Assembly (NCBI RefSeq): GCF_009914755.1
Contig: NC_060941.1
Length of the DNA stretch: 64,000 bases
Direction: 5' to 3' (one strand)
Source: the human T2T-CHM13v2.0 reference genome, Homo sapiens
The position numbers and the translations under genes are program-made. Below, piece by piece: positions 53,101 through 64,000 of the stretch (positions are counted from its first letter, which is position 1; every line of letters begins with the position of its first letter). The notes under the pieces were generated by a model that ran no database searches, was not told the origin of the DNA, and saw nothing but the letters and a program-made list of their open reading frames with translations.

Positions 53101-55787
53101 ACTTTCTGTAGAATCTGCGAGTGGATATTTGGACCTCTCTGAGGATTTCGTTGGAAACGGGATAACTGCACCTAACTAAACGGAAGCATTCTCACAAAAT
53201 TCTTTGTGATGTTTGCATTCAAATCCCAGAGTTGAACCTTCCTTTGATAGTTCAGCTTTGAAACACTCTTTTTGTAGGATCTGCAGGTGGATATTTGGAC
53301 CACTCTTTGGCCTTCGTTCGAAACGGGTACATCTTCAAATAAAATCTAGACAGAAGCCTTCTCAGAAACTTCTCTGTGACGATTGCATTCAACTCAAAGC
53401 GTTGAACCCTCCTATGGATAGAGCAGTTTTGAATCTCTCTTTTTGTGGAATCTGCAAGTGGATATGTGGTCCTCTTTGAAGATGTCTTTGGAAACGGGAA
53501 TATCTTCACATAAAAACTAAACAGAAGCATTCTCAGAAACTTCTCTGTGATGTTTGTGTTCAACTCACAGAGTTTCACGTTGCTTTTCATAGAGCAGATG
53601 AGAAACATGCTTTTCGTAGGGTCTGCAAGTGGACATTTGGAGAGCTTTCAGGCCTGTGGTGGAAAACGAATTATCGTCACGTAAAAACTAGAGAGAAGCA
53701 TTGTCAGAAACTTGTTTGTGATGACTGCATTCAACTCACAGAGTTGAAGGTTCCTTTTCAAACAGCAGTTTCCAAACACTCTTTCTGTGGCATCTGCAAG
53801 TGGATGTTTGGGCCTCTTTGAAGATTTCGTTGGAAACGGGATAATCTTCACAGAAAAGCTAAACAGAAGCATTCTCAGAAACTTCTTTGTGATGTTTGCT
53901 TTCAACTCACAGAGTTGAACTTTCCTTTTGAGAGAGAAGCTTTGAAACACTCTTTTTCTAGAATCTGCAAGTGGATATTTGGAGGGCTTTGAGGCCTGTG
54001 GTGGAAAAGGAATTATCTTCCCGTAAGAACTAGATAGATGCATTCTCAGAAACTACTTTGTGACGATTGCATTCAAGTCACAGAGGTGAACATTTCCTTT
54101 CAGAGAGCACTTTGGAAACTCTCGTTTTGTAGAATCTGCAAGTGCAGATATGGACCGCTTTGAGGCCTATGGTAGTAAAGGAAACAGCTTCATATAAAAA
54201 CTAGACAGCAGCATTCTCAGAAAACTCTTTGTGACGACTGAGTTTAACTCACAGGGCTGAACATTCCTTTGGATGGAGCAGTTTGGAAACACACTATCTG
54301 TAGGATCTGCAAGCGGATACTTGGGCCTCTCTGAGGATTTCGTTGGAAACGGGATAAACCGCACAGAACTAAACAGAAGCATTCTCAGAACCTTCTTCGT
54401 GATGTTTGCATTCAACCCACAGTGTTGAACCTTTCTTTGATAGTTCAGGTTTGAAACACTCTTTTTGTAGAAACTGCAAGTGGATAACTGCACTTCTTTG
54501 AGGCCTATCGTAGTAAAGGAAATAACTTCCTATAAAAACAAGACAGAAGCTTTCTCAGAAAATTCTCTGGGATGATTGAGTTGAACTCACAGAGCACTAC
54601 TTTCCTTGGGATGGAGTAGTTTCGAAACACACTTTCTGTAGAATCTGCAAGTGGATATTTGGACCTGTCTGAGGAATTCGTTGCAAACGGGATAATTTCA
54701 GCTAAGTAAACAGAAGCAGTCTCAGAATCTTCTTGTGATGTTTGCATTCAAATCCCAGAATTGAACCTTCCTTTGAAAGTTCAGGTTGGAAACACTCTTT
54801 TTGCAGGATCTACAAGTGGATATTCGGACCACTCTGTGGACTTCGTTCGAAACGGGTATATCTTCACATAACATCTAGACAGAAGCATTCTCAGAAACTT
54901 TTCTGTGATGACTGCATTCAACTCACAGAGTTGAACACTCCTTTTGAGAGCGCAGTTTTGAAACTCTCTTTCTCTGGAATCTGCAAGGGGACATGCAGAC
55001 CTCTTTGAAGGTTTCGTTGGAAACGGAATCATCTTCACATAAAAATTACACAGAAGCATCCTCAGGAACTCCTTGGTGATGTTTGTATTCAACTTCCAGA
55101 GTTGAACTTTCCTTCGGAAAGAGCAGCTATGAAACACTCTTTTTCTAGAATCTGCAAGTGGACATTGGGAGGGCTGTGAGGTTTGTGGTGGAAAAGGAAA
55201 TATCTCCACATAAATACTAGATAGAAGCCTTCTCAGAAACTCCTTTGTGATGATTGCATTCACCTCACGGAGTGGAGCATTCCTATTGACAGAGCAGTTT
55301 GGAAACACTCTTGTTGTAGAATCTCCTAGTGGAGATTTGGAGCGCTTTGAGGCCTATGGTAGTTAAGGGGAGAGCTTCACATAAAATCTAGACAGAAGCA
55401 TTCTCAGAAAATACTTTGTGATGATTGAGTTTAACACACAGAGCTGAACATTCCTTTGGATGGAGAAGGTTTGAAACACACTTTCTGTAGAATCTGCGAG
55501 TGGATATTTGGACCTCTCTGAGGATTTCGTTGGAAACGGGATAACTGCACCTAACTAAACGAAAGCATTCTCACAAAATTCTTTGTGATGATTGCATTCA
55601 AATCCCAGAGTTGAACCTTCCTTTGATAGTTCATCTTTGAATCACTCTTTTTGTAGGATCTGCAAGTGGATATTTGGACCACTCTTTGGCCTTCGTTCGT
55701 AACGGGTACATCTTCAAATAAAATCTAGACAGAAGCCTTCTCAGAAACTTCTCTGTGACGATTGCATTCAACTCAAAGCGTTGAACG
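47193..55787 (+). repeat. Tandem duplication of a 2-HOR block (4758-bp period), U21-U22 / U23-U24
   Basis: U21=U23: GAGTGCAG, AACATTTCC. U22=U24: TTTGTGATGATTGCATTCAAAT, GTTCATCTTTGAATCAC, GAACGCTCC (51029/55787). CTCCCTGAGG at 47193/51951. Confidence 0.85.
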
Positions 55788-58700
55788 CTCCTATGGATAG
55801 AGCAGTTTTGAATCTCTCTTTTTGTGGAATCTGCAAGTGGATATGTGGTCCTCTTTGAAGATGTCTTTGGAAACGGGAATATCTTCACATAAAAACTAAA
55901 CAGAAGCATTCTCAGAAACTTCTCTGTGATGTTTGTGTTCAACTCACAGAGTTTCACGTTGCTTTTCATAGAGCAGATGAGAAACATGCTTTTCGTAGGG
56001 TCTGCAAGTGGACATTTGGAGAGATTTCAGGCCTGTGGTGGAAAACGAATTATCGTCACGTAAAAACTAGAGAGAAGCATTGTCAGAAACTTGTTTGTGA
56101 TGACTGCATTCAACTCACAGAGTTGAAGGTTCCTTTCCAAACACTCTTTCTGTGGCATCTGCAAGTGGATGTTTGGGCCTCTTTGAAGATTTCGTTGGAA
56201 ATGGGATAATCTTCACAGAAAAGCTAAACAGAAGCATTCTCAGAAACTTCTTTGTGATGTTTGCTTTCAACTCACAGAGTTGAACTTTCCTTTTGAGAGA
56301 GAAGCTTTGAAACACTCTTTTTCTAGAATCTGCAAGTGGATATTTGGAGGGCTTTGAGGCCTGTGGTGGAAAAGGAATTATCTTCCCGTAAGAACTAGAT
56401 AGATGCATTCTCAGAAACTACTTTGTGACGATTGCATTCAAGTCACAGAGGTGAACATTCCCTTTCAGAGAGCACTTTGGAAACTCTCGTTGTGTAGAAT
56501 CTGCAGGTGGAGATATGGACCGATTTGAGGCCTATGGTAGTAAAGGAAACAGCTTCATATAAAAACTAGACAGCAGCATTCTCAGAAAACTCTTTGTGAC
56601 GACTGAGTTTAACTCACAGGGCTGAACATTCCTTTGGATGGAGCAGTTTGGAAACACACTATCTGTAGGATCTGCAAGCGGATACTTGGGCCTCTCTGAG
56701 GATTTCGTTGGAAACGGGATAAACCGCACAGAACTAAACAGAAGCATTCTCAGAACCTTCTTCGTGATGTTTGCATTCAACCCACAGTGTTGAACCTTTC
56801 TTTGATAGTTCAGGTTTGAAACACTCTTTTTGTAGAAACTGCAAGTGGATAACTGCACTTCTTTGAGGCCTATCGTAGTAAAGGAAATAACTTCCTATAA
56901 AAACAAGACAGAAGCTTTCTCAGAAAATTCTCTGGGATGATTGAGTTGAACTCACAGAGCAGTACTTTCCTTGGGATGGAGTAGTTTCGAAACACACTTT
57001 CTGTAGAATCTGCAAGTGGATATTTGGACCTGTCTGAGGAATTCGTTGCAAACGGCATAATTTCAGCTAAGTAAACAGAAGCAGTCTCAGAATCTTCTTG
57101 TGATGTTTGCATTCAAATCCCAGAATTGAACCTTCCTTTGAAAGTTCAGGTTGGAAACACTCTTTTTGCAGGATCTACAAGTGGATATTCGGACCACTCT
57201 GTGGACTTCGTTCGAAACGGGTATATCTTCACATAACATCTAGACAGAAGCATTCTCAGAAACTTTTCTGTGATGACTGCATTCAACTCACAGAGTTGAA
57301 CACTCCTTTGCAGAGCGCAGTTTTGAAACTATCTTTCTCTGGAATCTGCAAGGGGACATGCAGACCTCTTTGAAGGTTTCGTTGGAAACGGAATCATCTT
57401 CACATAAAAATTACACAGAAGCATCCTCAGGAACTCCTTGGTGATGTTTGTATTCAACTTCCAGAGTTGAACTTTCCTTCGGAAAGAGCAGCTATGAAAC
57501 ACTCTTTTTCTAGAATCTGCAAGTGGACATTGGGAGGGCTGTGAGGTTTGTGGTGGAAAAGGAAATATCTCCACATAAATACTAGATAGAAGCCTTCTCA
57601 GAAACTACTTTGTGATGATTGCATTCACCTCACGGAGTTGAGCATTCCTATTGACAGAGCAGTTTGGAAACACTCGTCTTCTAGAATCGGTTAGCGGAGA
57701 TTTGGAGCGCTTTGAGGCCTATGGTAGTAAAGGGAAGAGCTTCACATAAAATCTAGACAGAAGCATTCTCAGAAAATACTTTGTGATGATTGAGTTTAAC
57801 ACACAGAGCTGAACATTCCTTTGCATGGAGAAGGTTTGAAACACACTTTCTGTAGAATCTGCGAGTGGATATTTGGACCTCTCTGAGGATTTCCTTCTAA
57901 ACGGGATAACTGCACCTAACTAAACGGAAGCATTCTCACAAAATTCTTTGTGATGTTTGCATTCAAATCCCAGAGTTGAACCTTCCTTTGATAGTTCAGC
58001 TTTGAAACACTCTTTTTGTAGGATCTGCAGGTGGATATTTGGACCACTCTTTGGCCTTCGTTCGAAAAGGGTACATCTTCAAATTTAATCTAGACAGAAG
58101 CCTTCCCAGAAACTTCTCTGTGACGATTGCATTCAACCCAAAGCGTTGAACCCTCCTATGGATAGAGCAGTTTTGAATCTCTCTTTTTGTGGAATCTGCA
58201 AGTAGATATGTGGTCCTCTTTGAAGATGTCTTTGGAAACGGGAATATCTTCACATAAAAACTAGACAGAAGCATTCTCAGAAACTTCTCTGTGATGTTTG
58301 TGTTCAACTCACAGAGTTTCACGTTGCTTTTCATAGAGCAGATGAGAAACATGCTTTTCGTAGGGTCTGCAAGTGGACATTTGGAGAGCTTTCAGGCCTG
58401 TGGTGGAAAACGAATTATCGTCACGTAAAAACTAGAGAGAAGCATTGTCAGAAACTTGTTTGTGATGACTGCATTCAACTCACAGAGTTGAAGGTTCCTT
58501 TTCAAACAGCAGTTTCCAAACACTCTTTCTGTGGCATCTGCAAGTGGATGTTTGGGCCTCTTTGAAGATTTCGTTGGAAACGGGATAATCTTCACAGAAA
58601 AGCTAAACAGAAGCATTCTCAGAAACTTCTTTGTGATGTTTGCTTTCAACTCACAGAGTTGAACTTTCCTTTTGAGAGAGAAGCTTTGAAACACTCTTTT

Positions 58701-61700
58701 TCTAGAATCTGCAAGTGGGTATTTGGAGGGCTTTGAGGCCTGTGGTGGAAAAGGAATTATCTTCCCGTAAGAACTAGATAGATGCATTCTCAGAAACTAC
58801 TTTGTGACGATTGCATTCAAGTCACAGAGGTGAACATTCCCTTTCAGAGAGCACTTTGGAAACTCTCGTTGTGTAGAATCTGCAAGTGGAGATATGGACC
58901 GCTTTGAGGCCTATGGTAGTAAAGGAAACAGCTTCATATAAAAACTAGACAGCAGCATTCTCAGAAAACTCTTTGTGACGACTGAGTTTAACTCACAGGG
59001 CTGAACATTCCTTTGGATGGAGCAGTTTGGAAACACACTATCTGTAGGATCTGCAAGCGGATACTTGGGCCTCCCTGAGGATTTCGTTGGAAACGGGATA
59101 AACCGCACAGAACTAAACAGAAGCATTCTCAGAACCTTCTTCGTGATGTTTGCATTCAACCCACAGTGTTGAACCTTTCTTTGATAGTTCAGGTTTGAAA
59201 CACTCTTTTTGTAGAAACTGCAAGTGGATAACTGCACTTCTTTGAGGCCTATCGTAGTAAAGGAAATAACTTCCTATAAAAACAAGACAGAAGCTTTCTC
59301 AGAAAATTCTCTGGGATGATTGAGTTGAACTCACAGAGCAGTACTTTCCTTGGGATGGAGTAGTTTCGAAACACACTTTCTGTAGAATCTGCAAGTGGAT
59401 ATTTGGACCTGTCTGAGGAATTCGTTGCAAACGGGATAATTTCAGCTAAGTAAACAGAAGCAGTCTCAGAATCTTCTTGTGATGTTTGCATTCAAACCCC
59501 AGAATTGAACCTTCCTTTGAAAGTTCAGGTTGTAAACACTCTTTTTGCAGGATCTACAAGTGGATATTCGGACCACTCTGTGGACTTCGTTCGAAACGGG
59601 TATATCTTCACATAACATCTAGACAGAAGCATTCTCAGAAACTTTTCTGTGATGACTGCATTCAACTCACAGAGTTGAACACTCCTTTTGAGAGCGCAGT
59701 TTTGAAACTCTCTTTCTCTGGAACCTGCAAGGGGACATGCAGACCTCTTTGAAGGTTTCGTTGGAAACGGAATCATCTTCACATAAAAATTACACAGAAG
59801 CATCCTCAGGAACTCCTTGGTGATATTTGTATTCAACTTCCAGATTTGAGCTTTCCTTCAGAAAGAGCAGCTATGAAACACTCTTTTTCTAGAATCTGCA
59901 AGTTGACATTGGGAGGGCTGTGAGGTTTGTGGTGGAAAAGGAAATATCTCCACATAAATACTAGATAGAAGCCTTCTCAGAAACAACTTTGTGATGATTG
60001 CATTCACCTCACGGAGTTGAGCATTCCTATTGACAGAGCAGTTTGGAAACACTCTTGTTGTAGAATCTGCTAGTGGAGATTTGGAGCGCTTTGAGGCCTA
60101 TGGTAGTAAAGGGAAGAGCTTCACATAAAATCTAGACAGAAGCATTCTCAGAAAATACTTTGTGATGATTGAGTTTAACACACAGAGCTGCACATTCCTT
60201 TGGATGGAGAAGGTTTGAAACACACTTTCTGTAGAATCTGCGAGTGGATATTTGGACCTCTCTGAGGATTTCGTTGGAAACGGGATAACTGCACCTAACT
60301 AAACGGAAGCATTCTCACAAAATTCTTTCTGATGTTTGCATTCAAATCCCAGAGTTGAACCTTCCTTTGATAGTTCAGCTTTGAAACACTCTTTTTGTAG
60401 GATCTGCAGGTGGATATTTGGACCACTCTTTGGCCTTCGTTCGAAACGGGTACATCTTCAAATAAAATCTAGACAGAAGCCTTCTCAGAAACTTCTCTGT
60501 GACGATTGCATTCAACTCAAAGCGTTGAACCCTCCTATGGATAGAGCAGTTTTGAATCTCTCTTTTTGTGGAATCTGCAAGTGGATATGTGGTCCTCTTT
60601 GAAGATGTCTTTGGAAACGGGAATATCTTCACATAAAAACTAGACAGAAGCATTCTCAGAAACTTCTCTGTGATGTTTGTGTTCAACTCACAGAGTTTCA
60701 CGTTGCTTTTCATAGAGCAGGTGAGAAACATGCTTTTCGTAGGGTCTGCAAGTGGACATTTGGAGAGCTTTCAGGCCTGTGGTGGAAAACGAATTATCGT
60801 CACGTAAAAACTAGAGAGAAGCATTGTCAGAAACTTGTTTGTGATGACTGCATTCAACTCACAGAGTTGAAGGTTCCTTTTCAAACAGCAGTTTCCAAAC
60901 ACTCTTTCTGTGGCATCTGCAAGTGGATGTTTGGGCCTCTTTGAAGATTTCGTTGGAAACGGGATAATCTTCACAGAAAAGCTAAACAGAAGCATTCTCA
61001 GAAACTTCTTTGTGATGTTTGCTTTCAACTCACAGAGTTGAACTTTCCTTTTGAGAGAGAAGCTTTGAAACACTCTTTTTCTAGAATCTGCAAGTGGATA
61101 TTTGGAGGGCTTTGAGGCCTGAGGTGGAAAAGGAATTATCTTCCCGTAAGAACTAGGTAGATGCATTCTCAGAAACTACTTTGTGACGATTGCATTCAAG
61201 TCACAGAAGTGAACATTCCCTTTCAGAGAGCACTTTGGAAACTCTCGTTGTGTAGAATCTGCAAGTGGAGATATGGACCGCTTTGAGGCCTATGGTAGTA
61301 AAGGAAACAGCTTCATATAAAAACTAGACAGCAGCATTCTCAGAAAACTCTTTGTGACGACTGAGTTTAACTCACAGGGCTGAACATTCCTTTGGATGGA
61401 GCAGTTTGGAAACACACTATCTGTAGGATCTGCAAGCGGATACTTGGGCCTCTCTGAGGATTTCATTGGAAACGGGATAAACCGCACAGAACTAAACAGA
61501 AGCATTCTCAGAACCTTCTTCGTGATGTTTGCATTCAACCCACAGTGTTGAACCTTTCTTTGATAGTTCAGGTTTGAAACACTCTTTTTGTAGAAACTGC
61601 AAGTGGATAACTGCACTTCTTTGAGGCCTATCGTAGTAAAGGAAATAACTTCCTATAAAAACAAGACAGAAGCTTTCTCAGAAAATTCTCTGGGATGATT

Positions 61701-64000
61701 GAGTTGAACTCACAGAGCAGTACTTTCCTTGGGATGGAGTAGTTTCGAAACACACTTTCTGTAGAATCTGCAAGTGGATATTTGGACCTGTCTGAGGAAT
61801 TCGTTGCAAACGGGATAATTTCAGCTAAGTAAACAGAAGCAGTCTCAGAATCTTCTTGTGATGTTTGCATTCAAATCCCAGAATTGAACCTTCCTTTGAA
61901 AGTTCAGGTTGGAAACACTCTTTTAGCAGGATCTACAAGTGGATATTCGGACCACTCTGTGGACTTCGTTCGAAACGGGTATATCTTCACATAACATCTA
62001 GACAGAAGCATTCTCAGAAACTTTTCTGTGATGACTGCATTCAACTCACAGAGTTGAACACTCCTTTTGAGAGCGCAGTTTTGAAACTCTCTTTCTCTGG
62101 AATCTGCAAGGGGACATGCAGACCTCTTTGAAGGTTTCGTTGGAAACGGAATCATCTTCACATAAAAATTACACAGAAGCATCCTCAGGAACTCCTTGGT
62201 GATGTTTGTATTCAACTTCCAGAGTTGAACTTTCCTTCGGAAAGAGCAGCTATGAAACACTCTTTTTCTAGAATCTGCAAGTGGACATTGGGAGGGCTGT
62301 GAGGTTTGTGGTGGAAAAGGAAATATCTCCACATAAATACTAGATAGAAGCCTTCTCAGAAACTACTTTGTGATGATTGCATTCACCTCACGGAGTTGAG
62401 CATTCCTATTAAAAGAGCAGTTTGGAAACACTCTTGTTGTAGAATCTGCTAGTGGAGATTTGGAGCGCTTTGAGGCCTATGGTAGTAAAGGGAAGAGCTT
62501 CACATAAAATCTAGACAGAAGCATTCTCAGAAAATACTTTGTGATGATTGAGTTTAACACACAGAGCTGAACATTCCTTTGGATGGAGAAGGTTTGAAAC
62601 ACACTTTCTGTAGAATCTGCGAGTGGATATTTGGACCTCTCTGAGGATTTCGTTGGAAACGGGATAACTGCACCTAACTAAACGGAAGCATTCTCACAAA
62701 ATTCTTTGTGATGTTTGCATTCAAATCCCAGAGTTGAACCTTCCTTTGATAGTTCAGCTTTGAAACACTCTTTTTGTAGGATCTGCAGGTGGATATTTGG
62801 ACCACTCTTTGGCCTTCGTTCGAAACGGGTACATCTTCAAATAAAATCTAGACAGAAGCCTTCTCAGAAACTTCTCTGTGACGATTGCATTCAACTCAAA
62901 GCGTTGAACCCTCCTATGGATAGAGCAGTTTTGAATCTCTCTTTTTGTGGAATCTGCAAGTGGATATGTGGTCCTCTTTGAAGATGTCTTTGGAAACGGG
63001 AATATCTTCACATAAAAACTAGACAGAAGCATTCTCAGAAACTTCTCTGTGATGTTTGTGTTCAACTCACAGAGTTTCACGTTGCTTTTCATAGAGCAGA
63101 TGAGAAACATGCTTTTCGTAGGGTCTGCAAGTGGACATTTGGAGAGCTTTCAGGCCTGTGGTGGAAAACGAATTATCGTCACGTAAAAACTAGAGAGAAG
63201 CATTGTCAGAAACTTGTTTGTGATGACTGCATTCAACTCACAGAGTTGAAGGTTCCTTTTCAAACAGCAGTTTCCAAACACTCTTTCTGTGGCATCTGCA
63301 AGTGGATGTTTGGGCCTCTTTGAAGATTTCGTTGGAAACGGGATAATCTTCACAGAAAAGCTAAACAGAAGCATTCTCAGAAACTTCTTTGTGATGTTTG
63401 CTTTCAACTCACAGAGTTGAACTTTCCTTTTGAGAGAGAAGCTTTGAAACACTCTTTTTCTAGAATCTGCAAGTGGGTATTTGGAGGGCTTTGAGGCCTG
63501 TGGTGGAAAAGGAATTATCTTCCCGTAAGAACTAGATAGATGCATTCTCAGAAACTACTTTGTGACGATTGCATTCAAGTCACAGAGGTGAACATTCCCT
63601 TTCAGAGAGCACTTTGGAAACCCTCGTTGTGTAGAATCTGCAAGTGGAGATATGGACCGCTTTGAGGCCTATGGTAGTAAAGGAAACAGCTTCATATAAA
63701 AACTAGACAGCAGCATTCTCAGAAAACTCTTTGTGACGACTGAGTTTAACTCACAGGGCTGAACATTCCTTTGGATGCAGCAGTTTGGAAACACACTATC
63801 TGTAGGATCTGCAAGCGGATACTTGGGCCTCTCTGAGGATTTCGTTGGAAACGGGATAAACCGCACAGAACTAAACAGAAGCATTCTCAGAACCTTCTTC
63901 GTGATGTTTGCATTCAACCCACAGTGTTGAACCTTTCTTTGATAGTTCAGGTTTGAAACACTCTTTTTGTAGAAACTGCAAGTGGATAACTGCACTTCTT

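Larger units (their letters stand above)
1..64000 (+). repeat. Centromeric alpha-satellite HOR array, 14-mer, 2379-bp period, about 26.9 copies, SF3 (W1-W5) type
   Basis: Seen: ~171-bp monomers with alphoid hallmarks (CATTCTCAGAAAC, TTCAACTCACAGAGTTGAA, TAGAATCTGCAAGTGG, CENP-B boxes) throughout. The ORF track recurs at exactly 2379-bp steps (27, 2406, 4785...), except for shifts of -1, -1 and -14 bp. No orientation switch or foreign insert seen. Confidence 0.99.
1..64000 (+). repeat. Probable human chromosome 17 14-mer array D17Z1-B (S3C17H1-B); D17Z1-C not excluded
   Basis: Inference from established knowledge: chr17 carries SF3 arrays D17Z1 (16-mer, ~2.7 kb EcoRI unit) and the 14-mer sister arrays D17Z1-B and D17Z1-C (~2.4 kb). 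Here every unit is a 14-mer with one EcoRI site and a W3-W4-W3-W4 dimer repeat, and no 16-mers are interspersed. Not verified by alignment. Confidence 0.75.

Noticed and set aside
57050-58210. APOBEC-type kataegis as the cause of the U25 cluster
   Set aside because: Several G>C changes are not in TpC context on either strand (e.g. TTGTT, TGTA), and T>G, T>C and A>T changes are mixed in.
27-63995. About 200 ORFs of 64-175 aa on both strands (e.g. MHSNPR..., MFLICSMK..., MHLSSSYG...)
   Set aside because: They recur with the 2379-bp period and contain 57-aa internal repeats (171 bp / 3). Many begin at non-ATG codons, they overlap on opposite strands, and they open and close with random SNVs. 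They are translations of alpha satellite, not genes.
1-64000. CRISPR-like or other repeat-spacer system
   Set aside because: There are no unique spacers; the entire monomer is repeated and homologous, and no cas-like ORFs are present.
1-64000. L1, Alu or other insertion, or an inversion within the array
   Set aside because: The period is maintained end to end with only -1, -1 and -14 bp shifts. No poly-A tails, target-site duplications or strand switch were seen.
1-64000. Main D17Z1 16-mer, DXZ1 12-mer, D11Z1 5-mer or D1Z5 11-mer arrays
   Set aside because: Those SF3 HORs have different unit lengths; every unit here is a 14-mer of 2379 bp.

Overview
The whole 64 kb window is one uninterrupted, single-orientation array of primate (almost certainly human) centromeric alpha-satellite DNA. 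It is built from a 2379-bp, 14-monomer higher-order repeat (HOR) of the pentameric suprachromosomal family 3 (W1-W5) type. There are 26 full copies plus one partial copy (U1-U27, starting at 1, 2380, 4759, 7138, 9517, 11896, 14275, 16654, 19033, 21412, 23791, 26170, 28548, 30927, 33306, 35685, 38064, 40442, 42821, 45200, 47579, 49958, 52337, 54716, 57081, 59460, 61839). Unit length, monomer order and the single EcoRI site per unit fit the chromosome 17 14-mer arrays, most likely D17Z1-B, with D17Z1-C as the alternative; this assignment needs an alignment to confirm. I found no genes, RNA genes, transposons, inversions or CRISPR arrays, and all listed ORFs are artefacts of the repeat. I see no evidence of a new gene system. 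The information is in the variants between HOR copies, read by eye: nested 1-, 2- and 3-HOR tandem duplications (one junction mappable to about 56 bp), recurrent gene-conversion-like sites, a microhomology-flanked 14-bp deletion, dense mutation clusters near 57-60 kb, and regional loss of CENP-B boxes.
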